DNA from: Candidatus Latescibacterota bacterium
GTDB taxonomy: Bacteria > Latescibacterota > UBA2968 > UBA8231
Reading direction: 5' to 3'
NCBI GenBank assembly: GCA_965248265.1
Contig: CBDFJF010000002.1
Location: 1,984,001-2,048,000, forward strand
DNA length: 64,000 nucleotides
The notes under the pieces are model-generated. The model worked only from the letters and a program-made list of their open reading frames with translations. It ran no database searches and was not told the origin of the DNA. Of the stretch, positions 1 to 9,482 are shown piece by piece (the first letter of the stretch is position 1; every line of letters starts with the position of its first letter). Both the position numbers and the translations under genes were made by a program.

Positions 1-1
1 A

Positions 2-982
2 GATCTGGAATACTATCCGATACTCTTCGATTTCGTCTACGGCGACTCGGATATTACCGAGGAGCGCATGCAGCTGGCGCTGGCACAGTTCATGCGCAGC
101 ATTCAATCCTTCGACTCCCGTTTTGACGACGGGCTTGCGCAGACGGGCGATCTCCAGGCGCCCTTTCCAAACTTTTCAGCGGTAGAGAATAATGGCAAAC
201 AGTTGTTTCTGGGCACACCGGTTTTTGATAACAACGGCAATCGCACATCCGGCGGCTTGGGCTGTGCAGGCTGTCATGAACCCCCGGAATTCGACATCAA
301 ACTCGACTCCGGAAACAATGGCTTTACCCAAAGCTTGGGTGGCGAAGGAGACTTCGACGTCACCCGCGTTCCCACCCTGCGGGATCTCGTAGATGCCAAT
401 GGCAATTTGCATGCCGGCCTGATGCACACCGGTTCCATTAACAGCCTTCGGGCCGCGGTCGACCACTATGAGCGCATTGCAATTGTCAGGGGTAACGATA
501 GCATCGATCAGGACCTGGTGATCAACGGCAACGGTTGGCATCTGAGAATGGGGCAGCAACAACGCAGCAATGTCGCCGCATTCATGGAAACATTGACCGG
601 CTCGAATGTGTATACCGACAGCAAATGGTCGGATCCGTTTGACTCAAATGGTGATCTGATGGTGAGACGGGTGGACATTGCGACCAGTGTTGAGTCCGTA
701 AGTAGGGTAGATGCTTTGACCTTTGAGCTGGAACAGAACTATCCGAATCCGTTCAATCCCGCCACGATCATTGCATACCGGGTTGCTCAGGCCAGCAGAG
801 TGAGCCTGAAGATCTACAACGTTCTCGGTCAAGAGATAGCGACCCCGATTCACGATTTTCACGAGGCAGGAAATTACCGGTTCAGGTTTGATGCGGCCGC
901 GCTACCTTCCGGCCTCTATTTCTATCGCCTGATTGCCGATGGTCAGCTGGTTCAGACCCGTAAAATGCTGGTGCAAAAATAG
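2..982 (+). CDS. Cytochrome c peroxidase/MauG-like protein with C-terminal secretion (T9SS-CTD/FlgD-Ig-like) domain, 5' partial
   Basis: CAGCH heme motif; RVPTLRDL and GLMHTGS motifs typical of CCP/MauG C-terminal halves; C-terminal LEQNYPNPFNP...LPSGLYFYRL. Frame is open back to the window start (DLEYYPILFDFVYGD...). Confidence 0.8.
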   Translation, partial: DLEYYPILFDFVYGDSDITEERMQLALAQFMRSIQSFDSRFDDGLAQTGDLQAPFPNFSAVENNGKQLFLGTPVFDNNGNRTSGGLGCAGCHEPPEFDIKLDSGNNGFTQSLGGEGDFDVTRVPTLRDLVDANGNLHAGLMHTGSINSLRAAVDHYERIAIVRGNDSIDQDLVINGNGWHLRMGQQQRSNVAAFMETLTGSNVYTDSKWSDPFDSNGDLMVRRVDIATSVESVSRVDALTFELEQNYPNPFNPATIIAYRVAQASRVSLKIYNVLGQEIATPIHDFHEAGNYRFRFDAAALPSGLYFYRLIADGQLVQTRKMLVQK

Positions 983-1024
983 ACGTTCATACACCAGTCA
1001 CCCAAAATGAGGGGAGAGGACAAA

Positions 1025-1681
1025 ATGATTCGTTTTTCCAGCAGGTTATTCGTTGCCTTGATAGCGTGCGGAGCCACAAACGGGTGGCCACAGACTACCA
1101 CACCTGATCCCCTGGACGTAATCCCCGCTGGCGAAATCGCCGGTGCCCTGAACGCGGCTTCTGTCAGGCAAGGACCGCCGCCCTTCACACCCGATGGCAT
1201 TCCCCATCAGCAACACGATCAGAACGCCCCGTTGGACATGCAGAATGCGTTGATAGCGTCGATTGAGGTCCTGCCCGGCGTGTATGTCACAGAAACGCAG
1301 TTTTCTCTTCGGGGCTCTCTGGGATGGAGACTGGAACCGGATTTCGGTACGGGACCGGATGACGCCTTCATCACCACTGAAACCCTGGAGTTTGGCCACC
1401 TGCATGAACCCTTGGACGGCAGTATGCATATGCTGCTTCCGTTGGCATTTTCCGCACTGGCGCTCGAGAAGGGCTGGGGGATCATTCATCCGTTGAGCGA
1501 CAACATCTCCGGCGAAAACTCAGAGTATGTCATGATTTATGGTCCCAGAGATGAAAACGAGCTGCGAACGATCTGGATAATCGCCCAGATCTCGTACTAC
1601 CACGCGCGCGGGTTGAGCATGGAGGTCACCTCGACGGCAATCACGCCCACAACGTTGGGCGGGATCAAGCAGGGCATGTGA
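1025..1681 (+). CDS. Exported DUF5519/luciferase-family protein
   Basis: Signal peptide MIRFSSRLFVALIACGA; EFGHLHEPLDGSMHMLLP, KGWGIIHPL and YVMIYGPRDENEL motifs; C-terminal TAITPTTLGGIK tail. Confidence 0.7.
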   Translation: MIRFSSRLFVALIACGATNGWPQTTTPDPLDVIPAGEIAGALNAASVRQGPPPFTPDGIPHQQHDQNAPLDMQNALIASIEVLPGVYVTETQFSLRGSLGWRLEPDFGTGPDDAFITTETLEFGHLHEPLDGSMHMLLPLAFSALALEKGWGIIHPLSDNISGENSEYVMIYGPRDENELRTIWIIAQISYYHARGLSMEVTSTAITPTTLGGIKQGM

Positions 1682-1823
1682 GTTGTGATCTGCATGCAGA
1701 AATGCGTTACAGCATACTCATCAGGCTTGAATCTCAAGCCGCTGCTGCGGCCTGGAGCCTGTAAGGGGAGGATTGTAGCCAATTTGCTTGGGTGCACCAA
1801 TCCGCATAGCCGGCACGGACGGC

Positions 1824-2930
1824 TCAAGAAACCGCAGCCCCTCCCAGCGGCTTGGCCGCCGAGGTCGTGATCTGTTCGTGGTACTCCTCCTCGCCCAGGA
1901 CCTCTTTCTTGTTTCTTAACCGGGCCGGCTTGGGGACGATCTTCAGGCTGCGGTCGGCGATGGGGAACTTCACCGGGGTGTGGTCGTTGCGGTGTGATTC
2001 GCGCAGGCCGATGGCGATTTCGAGGACCTTGCGCATGTTGGCGCCGCTGCAGCGGGGCTCGATGTCCTGATCCAGCGACTCGACGAGGGACTGGATGCCG
2101 GCGCGCTGGCGGGTGCCGCTGGGGTTGATCCAATCCGCCCGGTCGCCGAAATCGTCGAAGAAGCTCTCATCCTCGACCAGCTTGCCTTGAGCCTTGCCGC
2201 GCCACAGGTGACCGCTGGAGAAGTCGGTATAGTAGACGCCTTCGGTGCAGAGGAGTTCGACGCCCCTGAGGAGGACGGGGTGTCGGTGAATGAAACCGTC
2301 GATGCCGTTGGTGAAGCGGACCAGACCGCCCATGTTCTGGTCGTTGTCGCTGGCCGGATCGTCGCACCAGCCGGTGACCCAGTCGACGTCGGCGTCGCCG
2401 GCGAACAGGCGCAGGACGCTCAGTCCCTGGCAGCCGCCGCCGGAAATCTCATTGGTGGGCATGTAGAGGTTGATGCTGCGGACCTCGCCGATCTCTCCCG
2501 AGCCGATGAGGCGTCTGACCTTCCAGTGCTGGGGCATGTTGCGGAAAGCGTCGCCGGCGGCCAGATGAATACCACGGGAGGCGCACTCCTCGACCATCTG
2601 GTCTGCTTCTTCGAGACTGACAGCCATCGGTTTCTCACAATAGATGGCTTTGATCCCCGGTGCTCGGGCGCAGTCGATGACGACCTGGGAGTTGGGACCC
2701 ACTGGCAGGATGGGCGCGACGATGTCGAGCTCTTCGGCGGCCAGCATCTCGTGGTAGTCGGCATATCCCTTTACCGGGAAGCGTTCCAGGAAGATGTCGA
2801 GATTGCCGGGGTCGGGATCGGCGGCGGCCACGACCTCGGTGCGGGGATTGCCCTGGTAGCCGCGCGCGTGCCCGTGGCCCTTGCGGCCGACGCCGATCAT
2901 GCCGGCGCGGTAGATTGGTTGTGTCGTCAT
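1824..2930 (-). CDS. Gfo/Idh/MocA family oxidoreductase
   Basis: YRAGMIGVGRKG Rossmann motif and CEKPMA motif; start reassigned to MTTQPIY at 2930. Confidence 0.85.
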   Translation of the reverse strand: MTTQPIYRAGMIGVGRKGHGHARGYQGNPRTEVVAAADPDPGNLDIFLERFPVKGYADYHEMLAAEELDIVAPILPVGPNSQVVIDCARAPGIKAIYCEKPMAVSLEEADQMVEECASRGIHLAAGDAFRNMPQHWKVRRLIGSGEIGEVRSINLYMPTNEISGGGCQGLSVLRLFAGDADVDWVTGWCDDPASDNDQNMGGLVRFTNGIDGFIHRHPVLLRGVELLCTEGVYYTDFSSGHLWRGKAQGKLVEDESFFDDFGDRADWINPSGTRQRAGIQSLVESLDQDIEPRCSGANMRKVLEIAIGLRESHRNDHTPVKFPIADRSLKIVPKPARLRNKKEVLGEEEYHEQITTSAAKPLGGAAVS

Positions 2931-3138
2931 GATGAGATACGATAGCTCGATGCGCTGCTCGTCGCCAGCAGCGCCATCCGAGTGATCAGCGTGCATCCCG
3001 CAGCAAAGTCGACCTCGCCTCAGTTGCCCCAACGGAGGTAGCTCGATACACTTCGAGCTGCTCCATCTCAGCGTGGTCGAGTTGCGTGTTCCAGCATTCG
3101 ACAACCGGACAACCTTTCGATCGCAGGCGGCGCGAATC

Positions 3139-3891
3139 ATGCCAGACAACCCAGCAACCGGTTTCGCCATCGCCTTCGGACGCTCCTTGCTGGGCGCCGG
3201 CCGCGACCTGCTTCCCATCGTCCTGGTCATCGCCGTGTTCCAGGTAGTCGTCGTAGACCAGTCCCTACCCGGAACAGCGTCCATCCTGGTGGGCTTGGTG
3301 CTGGTGGTGGTGGGCCTATCCCTCTTTGTGATGGGGCTGGACATCGGTCTGTTCCCGCTCGGTGAGGCATTAGCTGAAGAGTTCGCCCGCAAGGGGAGCC
3401 TGGCATGGCTGCTGGTGTTCGCCTTTGCGCTGGGGGCCGGCACTACGGTGGCCGAGCCGGCGCTGATCGCCGTGGCCCGGGAAGGGGCCGTGGCGGCGGC
3501 TGAGGCCGGAGTCATCGACGACACGCCCGACGCCATCGCCCGTTACGCTCTGGGTGTCCGGCTGAGCGTGGCCCTTTCCGTGGGTGTGGCCATCGTGCTC
3601 GGCGTGTTGCGCATCCTGCGCGGCTGGTCCCTGCCCGTGATGATCGTCTCCGGCTACGTACTGGTCATGCTCATGACGCTGGCCGCGCCGGCCGAGATTG
3701 TCGGGTTGGCCTACGACTCTGGCGGGGTCACTACATCCACGGTCACCGTGCCGCTGGTCACCGCGCTCGGGGTGGGACTGGCGCGCACGATTCACGGCCG
3801 TGATCCGGTCATGGACGGCTTCGGGCTGATCGCTCTGGCGTCGCTCACGCCGATGATCTCGGTCATGCTCTTCGGTTTGGTGATGAGCTAG
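3139..3891 (+). CDS. DUF1538 membrane protein
   Basis: [30 protein letters not shown] and [11 protein letters not shown] motifs; multiple TM segments. Confidence 0.9.
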   Translation: MPDNPATGFAIAFGRSLLGAGRDLLPIVLVIAVFQVVVVDQSLPGTASILVGLVLVVVGLSLFVMGLDIGLFPLGEALAEEFARKGSLAWLLVFAFALGAGTTVAEPALIAVAREGAVAAAEAGVIDDTPDAIARYALGVRLSVALSVGVAIVLGVLRILRGWSLPVMIVSGYVLVMLMTLAAPAEIVGLAYDSGGVTTSTVTVPLVTALGVGLARTIHGRDPVMDGFGLIALASLTPMISVMLFGLVMS

Positions 3892-3896
3892 GCGTT

Positions 3897-4658
3897 ATGG
3901 AAGTCCTCTTCAATCCCGTCGAGTTATTGCTGGACACTGTCCGCGACGTGTTGCCCGTGCTGCTCCTGCTGGTGGTGTTCCAGACCGTGGTGCTGCGTCA
4001 GCCCTTGCGCAGGCCGGGGCGCATCCTGTTGGGATTCGGCCTGGCCCTGGTGGGCATGGCCTGCTTCCTGGGCGGGCTGGATCTGGCGTTGTTCCCGACC
4101 GGACGCAACATGGCCAGGCTGCTGGCCGAGGGGGCGCAGGCGGACGGCGTCACACGCTGGACCGCATATGGCTGGGTCTATTTATTCGCCTTCCTGATAG
4201 GGTTCTCCACCACGATCGCCGAGCCGTCCCTGATCGCAGTAGCGCACAAAGCCGAGGAGTCATCACGGCGTTCAATTTCAGCCACCGGTCTGCGGGTGGC
4301 GGTGGCCCTGGGGGTTGCCGTGGGCATCACCCTGGGCACGTTCCGCATCGTCACCGGGACGCCGCTCTACCTCTACATCCTGGTGGGATACGTGGTGGTT
4401 GCGGTGCAGACGATATTCGCACCGAGGATGATGATCCCGCTGGCCTACGATTCGGGCGGCGTGACCACGTCTACGGTGACTGTTCCTCTGGTCGCAGCCC
4501 TGGGATTGGGACTGGCGGCCAACGTGCCGGGTCGCAGTACCGTGGTGGACGGCTTTGGTCTGATCGCCTTCGCCAGCCTGTTCCCGATCATCAGCGTGCT
4601 GGGCTACGCCCAACTGGCCCAGTGGCGTTCACGTTCTCGCACACAGACATCGAGTTAG
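3897..4658 (+). CDS. DUF1538 membrane protein (second paralog)
   Basis: [23 protein letters not shown] and DGFGLIAFASLFP motifs. Confidence 0.9.
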   Translation: MEVLFNPVELLLDTVRDVLPVLLLLVVFQTVVLRQPLRRPGRILLGFGLALVGMACFLGGLDLALFPTGRNMARLLAEGAQADGVTRWTAYGWVYLFAFLIGFSTTIAEPSLIAVAHKAEESSRRSISATGLRVAVALGVAVGITLGTFRIVTGTPLYLYILVGYVVVAVQTIFAPRMMIPLAYDSGGVTTSTVTVPLVAALGLGLAANVPGRSTVVDGFGLIAFASLFPIISVLGYAQLAQWRSRSRTQTSS

Positions 4659-4669
4659 GGGGAAATAAC

Positions 4670-4996
4670 ATGGCCGACAAGTGCATCGTAGCCATGGTCA
4701 AGCCGGACCTCACGGACAAGGTAGTGGATGCGGCCAAAGCAATCGGCGCCACTGGAGCAACCATCATCGACGCGGCGGGGACGGGCGCGCGCGAGGCCAA
4801 GACGTTCTTCGGCTTGAGCCTCGACGTGCGCACCGAGGTCGTGCTGCTGCTCGTCAAAGAGGATGCCGTCGTCCCGGTATTGGACGCCATCCGCGATGCC
4901 GGGCACTTCCACGAGCCTGGCACCGGGATCGCGTTCGTGATGGCAGTGGAAGCCGCCATCGGCTTCGAGAGCCAGCGTGAGCCGCCCCCGACCTGA
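4670..4996 (+). CDS. P-II family regulator associated with DUF1538
   Basis: GATGATII..GTG and GTGIAFV P-II-like motifs; G-rich RBS before MADK. Confidence 0.85.
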   Translation: MADKCIVAMVKPDLTDKVVDAAKAIGATGATIIDAAGTGAREAKTFFGLSLDVRTEVVLLLVKEDAVVPVLDAIRDAGHFHEPGTGIAFVMAVEAAIGFESQREPPPT

Positions 4997-5031
4997 GAGT
5001 GGCCAAGGGGCCGTGCAAAGGAGAGCCGAGG

Positions 5032-5073
5032 AGGAGCGTAGAATGTCAGACACGATCAACGGCACCAGTCGAT
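5032..5073 (+). repeat. Copy of RBS + first codons (MSDTINGT) of the 14834 gene
   Basis: 39/42 nt identical to 14823-14864. Confidence 0.85.
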
Positions 5074-5951
5074 TGGGCATCCAGGACAGGGGATCTATGG
5101 AGCTGTCGCACGTCGATATCAAAAACGTCCTGACGCGCACGACTGGGTTTCTGAAGACGGTGACGTCGCACTCGTTGCAGCCCTACCGGGGGTGCTCGTA
5201 TGGGAACTCGCTGTGCGGCGTGGGATGCTACGTGCAGCACAGCCACTGGGTGACGAAGGGACGAGCGTGGGGAGGATTCCTGGAGGTGCGGCGCAACGCG
5301 GCGGCCGCCTATCGCGATCGTGTAGAGGCCGAGCGACGATGGGCACTAAAGACCCGTGGCCGATTCGGTATCTTCATGTCCAGTTCGACGGATCCGTTCG
5401 TCCCGCAGGAGTCGAAGTACGGTGTGTCGCGGTCTGTTCTCGAAGCGATGGTGGAGTCACCGCCGGATCTGCTGATCCTGCAGACTCACAGCCATCGGGT
5501 GACCGAATACACTGATCTCATCCAGGCAGTCGACGGTGTATGCGATGTCCGCGTTCATGTGTCGATCGAAACAGACATGGAATCGTTCCCCGGTCTGCCG
5601 CCGCACGCCAGTTCCGTCGACAAGCGGTTCCAAGCGGTAGAGGCGATACGAGACTCGGGGGTACATACGGTTGTCACCGTGTCGCCCCTGCTGCCGATTC
5701 AGGATCCGGAAACCTTCTTCGAGCGAATCGGGGCATGCGCCTCAGCGGTCGTGCTCGATCATTTCATCCAGGGAGATGGCTCCGAGGACGGCCAGCGTAC
5801 GCTACAAACACCCTTACCAGATGCCATGCGCGCCGTCAACGCAGAGTCTGTCGCACTGGAGTATCGGGATCGAATGGTTGAGGTGGCCGAACGGCGGATG
5901 CCCGGGAGGGTGGGCGTGAACATCGATGGGTTTGCGGGCAGGTTCGTATAG
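5043..5951 (+). CDS. Radical SAM protein, SplB/Rv2578c-like (alternative start 5097)
   Basis: SLQPYRGCSYGNSLCGVGCYV, MSSSTDPF, QTHS, VSIET and VSPLLP motifs. Confidence 0.75.
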   Translation: MSDTINGTSRLGIQDRGSMELSHVDIKNVLTRTTGFLKTVTSHSLQPYRGCSYGNSLCGVGCYVQHSHWVTKGRAWGGFLEVRRNAAAAYRDRVEAERRWALKTRGRFGIFMSSSTDPFVPQESKYGVSRSVLEAMVESPPDLLILQTHSHRVTEYTDLIQAVDGVCDVRVHVSIETDMESFPGLPPHASSVDKRFQAVEAIRDSGVHTVVTVSPLLPIQDPETFFERIGACASAVVLDHFIQGDGSEDGQRTLQTPLPDAMRAVNAESVALEYRDRMVEVAERRMPGRVGVNIDGFAGRFV

Positions 5952-5965
5952 CCAACCTGACAGGT

Positions 5966-6024
5966 CTCTTCGTTGACAACACGCCGTGTACGACACAGCT
6001 TGCGGGAGTGTGTGTAGTCACCGT
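5966..6024 (+). promoter_or_regulatory. Repeated promoter module copy A (TTGACA-N17-CAGCTT)
   Basis: First 21 nt identical to 14734-14754 and similarity continues to TCACCGT; TTGACA at 5973-5978. Confidence 0.6.
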
Positions 6025-6091
6025 GCGCCGCAGGTCGAGGTGACGGTGGAGTCCGAAGGGCGCATTGGATGAACCCCGACGAGAGAATGAC

Positions 6092-8551
6092 ATGGCAACC
6101 AGACTCCTCCCCGTAGTTTTCTTCCTGCTCGCCAATGCCGGACAAGGGGTGAATGCCCTCGTCCTCGTCGAAGACGGCGAGCCCCGGGCACAGATCGTGT
6201 TGGGCTCGCAACCCACCAAACTGGAGAGACTGGCCGCAAGCGACTTGCAGCAGTATCTGAAACAGATGTCGGGAGGAGAGCTGCCCATAGTCACCACGGA
6301 CGAGCCACCCTCTGGACCCGTGGTGCTGATCGGTCAGAGCAAGGCGGTGCGTGACCGGCTCGGAGCTCTGCTTGGAGAAGAGCATCTCGGGTACGATGGG
6401 TATGTCCTCAAAACCTTCCCCAACGGTCTGGTAGTCGCCGGAGCCGAATATCCTCCGGGCCGTGAGCCGAACCGCTGGCGGGACGATCGCTACAACGCCA
6501 ATGGTACCCGGTACGCCGTATTCGCCCTGCTCGAAGAGCTGGGCTGCCGGTTTTTCAACTCTCGTCCCGACGGCGAACACGTGCCGCAGTTAAGGACGAT
6601 TGCAGTCGGCGAGATCGATATCGTCAGCCGGCCGGACGTGGCGCTGCGCTACCTGTGGCTCAGTGGCGACTATGTTCCCAGAGAAACCAAATACGCCTTC
6701 GCGCTGTGGGCGTTGAAGAATCGGCTGGGTGGAGCGCAGATTCCTCACGGGCACAACTACATGGTCATGCTGCCGCCCGATCGCTACTTCGACGAGCATC
6801 CCGAGTATTACGCCTACGACCGGGCGACCGATCAGCGCACCATCATGACCCACGGCGACGGAGGTTTGTGCCTGAGCAATCCCGACGTCGAACGAATCGT
6901 CGTCGATGGAGTGCGCGACAGCTTCGACAGCCGCGATTCCTGGGCCTACTCCCTCAGTCCCAACGACGCGGCTCCCGAAGATTGGTGTGAATGTGATGCC
7001 TGTCTGGCCATGGACAGCGCACAACCGAATCCGGCATACCTCAGAGGCCTGGAGACTGACGCGCCGCGGCAGGTGATGGCGTTTCCCCGCATCGGACTGG
7101 CCACGCGCGTGTTGCAATTCAACAACCGGGTGGCCGAACAGGTGGCGCAGACCCATCCCGGGCGGCTGCTGACCTACTACTCCGATTACAGCAACATGCC
7201 TGGGCCACCAGTGCGGACCGACGGGACACTGATCATGCAGGCCCATCCCGCTGTGGTGCCGATCATCGTGCTGGACAAACGCTGGTGTTCCATTCACGGG
7301 ATAGACGACCCGGACTGCCCCCGCAACGCCGACTTCCGCTGGCGACTCGACGGCTGGCGCCGCACGGCCGACCGCTGGATGGGCCGCGAATGGATCGGGG
7401 TTTCGTTCCGGAGACCGACGCCGCAATACTCGCTCGCGGGTCCGCGGATTCGGTACTTCGGAGACCTGGGAGGGTTTGTCGGATACAGTGGCGAGATCCT
7501 GGGCCGGTCACCGGACACGGAGCTGACGCTGTATGTCCTGGCAAGGATGCTCTGGGATACCGACCTGGACGACCGGGCGCTGATCGAGGAGTACTTCCAG
7601 CTGTATTTCCAGGAAAGCGCCGGTCCCATGCGCGATTACTATCGCCGGCTCGACGAGGTCGCGCGTACACTCGGCGGCCACGCGTTTTACGTCCATTGGG
7701 ATCAGTGGACGCTCGAAGTGCTCGAAGAACTATCAGACTTACTGAGCCAGGCGGAGGGTTTGGCCCGCCAAGACATTGTCAAACGACGCCTGCAGAATGA
7801 ACGGAGCGCGCTGACGGCGTATACCCGGTTCAACACCGGCTGGTTCGCCTCCCGAGAGTGGGAAGCGGACGGCAGTGATGAGAGTAGACACCGGGCGGTG
7901 GCTCGCCTCGATTCCGGCATTGCCTTCATTCGCCGGATTGAAGATGAAGATATCGTCGATGACGTGCGGATGTCCCGCCATCTCGAAGCTGTCCGCTACG
8001 AAGTACTGAATGCAGTGGGAGAGGGGCAGCAGAGGGCCAGTGCCCGCACCTTCGACGGTTTTAGCGACCAGGAAACGTTCGGCGACCTGAGCACGGATTA
8101 CGAGGAGATCGTTTCCCTGCCAGAAGAGTGGAAGTTCCGCACCGTTTCCGAGCAAGCCGGGCTGCGGGAGAGGTGGTTCGCCGTGGATTTCGATGATTCC
8201 GATTGGGATGCGATTCGAATCGGGGAGTTCTGGGAGCTTCAGGGCTATCCCGATTACGATGGCCGGGCCTGGTACCGGGTAGAATTCGCGATCCCGTCTG
8301 TCCCGGCGGACACGCCGCTACTGCTCTATTTCGGGGCCGTCGATGAAAGCGCCGAGGTGTGGATCAATGGGCGCAAGGCCGGGCAACACCGGATCGGACA
8401 GAGCGGTTGGGACAAGCGCTTCGCCGTCGACATCACGCCGTTCGCGCGACCGGGGGATGACAACGCGATCGCCGTGCGCGTACGAGATGAGATCCACATG
8501 GGCGGGATCTGGAAATCGGTGAAGCTGTTCACGGCAAAGGCCGCTCCCTGA
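6092..8551 (+). CDS. DUF4838 domain protein with C-terminal GH2-type sugar-binding domain
   Basis: Signal peptide; GH67/GH20-like N-domain (LGYDGYVLK, GTRYAVFALLEELGCRF); YFDEHPEYY, LCLSNPDV, SLSPND...WCECDAC; C-terminal WKF...DYDGRAWYR...FGAVDESAEVWING...GGIWKSV. Confidence 0.85.
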   Translation: MATRLLPVVFFLLANAGQGVNALVLVEDGEPRAQIVLGSQPTKLERLAASDLQQYLKQMSGGELPIVTTDEPPSGPVVLIGQSKAVRDRLGALLGEEHLGYDGYVLKTFPNGLVVAGAEYPPGREPNRWRDDRYNANGTRYAVFALLEELGCRFFNSRPDGEHVPQLRTIAVGEIDIVSRPDVALRYLWLSGDYVPRETKYAFALWALKNRLGGAQIPHGHNYMVMLPPDRYFDEHPEYYAYDRATDQRTIMTHGDGGLCLSNPDVERIVVDGVRDSFDSRDSWAYSLSPNDAAPEDWCECDACLAMDSAQPNPAYLRGLETDAPRQVMAFPRIGLATRVLQFNNRVAEQVAQTHPGRLLTYYSDYSNMPGPPVRTDGTLIMQAHPAVVPIIVLDKRWCSIHGIDDPDCPRNADFRWRLDGWRRTADRWMGREWIGVSFRRPTPQYSLAGPRIRYFGDLGGFVGYSGEILGRSPDTELTLYVLARMLWDTDLDDRALIEEYFQLYFQESAGPMRDYYRRLDEVARTLGGHAFYVHWDQWTLEVLEELSDLLSQAEGLARQDIVKRRLQNERSALTAYTRFNTGWFASREWEADGSDESRHRAVARLDSGIAFIRRIEDEDIVDDVRMSRHLEAVRYEVLNAVGEGQQRASARTFDGFSDQETFGDLSTDYEEIVSLPEEWKFRTVSEQAGLRERWFAVDFDDSDWDAIRIGEFWELQGYPDYDGRAWYRVEFAIPSVPADTPLLLYFGAVDESAEVWINGRKAGQHRIGQSGWDKRFAVDITPFARPGDDNAIAVRVRDEIHMGGIWKSVKLFTAKAAP

Positions 8552-8562
8552 GTTCGACGTTC

Positions 8563-9264
8563 CTACTTGGTCGCCTTGACGCTGTCAACGAGGGCTTGGG
8601 CCCGTGGCGTCGAGAACGGGAAGTTGTCGAGCACGTCATACTCCCACACGTTGGTCGGGAAGATGACGACCAGTTCTGCGACTTCGTCGTCCAGGTTCTG
8701 GAATGAGTGGGGCACCATGGGCGGAATGTTCACCATGTAGGGCCCCTTAAAGACGAAGATCTCGTCTCCGAGCGCGTACAGCACCGTTTGTTCTTTAGTC
8801 AGGACGTGGGATTCTTCGCCTTTGTGCGTGTGCATGGGCGGAGCGCCGCCCGGAGCTGTGTAGGTGATGCCGATGGTCAGGTTGCGGTAGCCGTGGCGCT
8901 GACCTTCCATCACGTGGACATACTCGCCCGGACCTGGATTGATGACGACGAGATCGTCCTTGCTCAAGGCGAAGTCGGGCACGGAATCCATGGCCGGCAT
9001 TTTCCAGTTTCCGGGAATCCTCCGGTTCTCGATGATCCCGTGCGGATGATGAAGCGCGTGGAGGGCTTTTCTGGTTGCATCGATCTTGCTGATGAGCTCT
9101 CCGTGCGCGACTTCTTCACCGGGCCGCGCATCGTTCTCGGTGTGCGTCACCGTCGGCTCGGGCGGGCCCTCGGGTTCGTGAGCGAGGATCGGCGATGTCG
9201 ACAATAGAATCAACCCGAGAATCAATCCGGTGGCATACGATAGGACAGGTGCAGGAACTCTCAT
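8563..9264 (-). CDS. Exported cupin domain protein
   Basis: Signal peptide; PPMHTHKGEES and IPPMVPHSFQN cupin motifs. Confidence 0.8.
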   Translation of the reverse strand: MRVPAPVLSYATGLILGLILLSTSPILAHEPEGPPEPTVTHTENDARPGEEVAHGELISKIDATRKALHALHHPHGIIENRRIPGNWKMPAMDSVPDFALSKDDLVVINPGPGEYVHVMEGQRHGYRNLTIGITYTAPGGAPPMHTHKGEESHVLTKEQTVLYALGDEIFVFKGPYMVNIPPMVPHSFQNLDDEVAELVVIFPTNVWEYDVLDNFPFSTPRAQALVDSVKATK

Positions 9265-9482
9265 TTTGTGTTCTCCTTGTGCTCATTTGAGTGACAACAC
9301 CGAAAAATAAATGTAGCTGCATCATGAGACAATCATGGGGCGCTCTTCACAGCTCGAACAGCTTCCTCACTCTGCCCCGACGGATCGGGAACCGGCTGCG
9401 CGCAGGTCCGTCCAAACTTGCCTGCCGCCGGCACGCGCCCTAACCTGTCGTTGCCACCGACCAACCATCAGGAAACCACACA

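Noticed and set aside
2931-3536. N-terminal extension of the 570-aa ORF 1824..3536
   Set aside because: It is antisense to the DUF1538 gene, and the Gfo/Idh/MocA domain starts at 2930.
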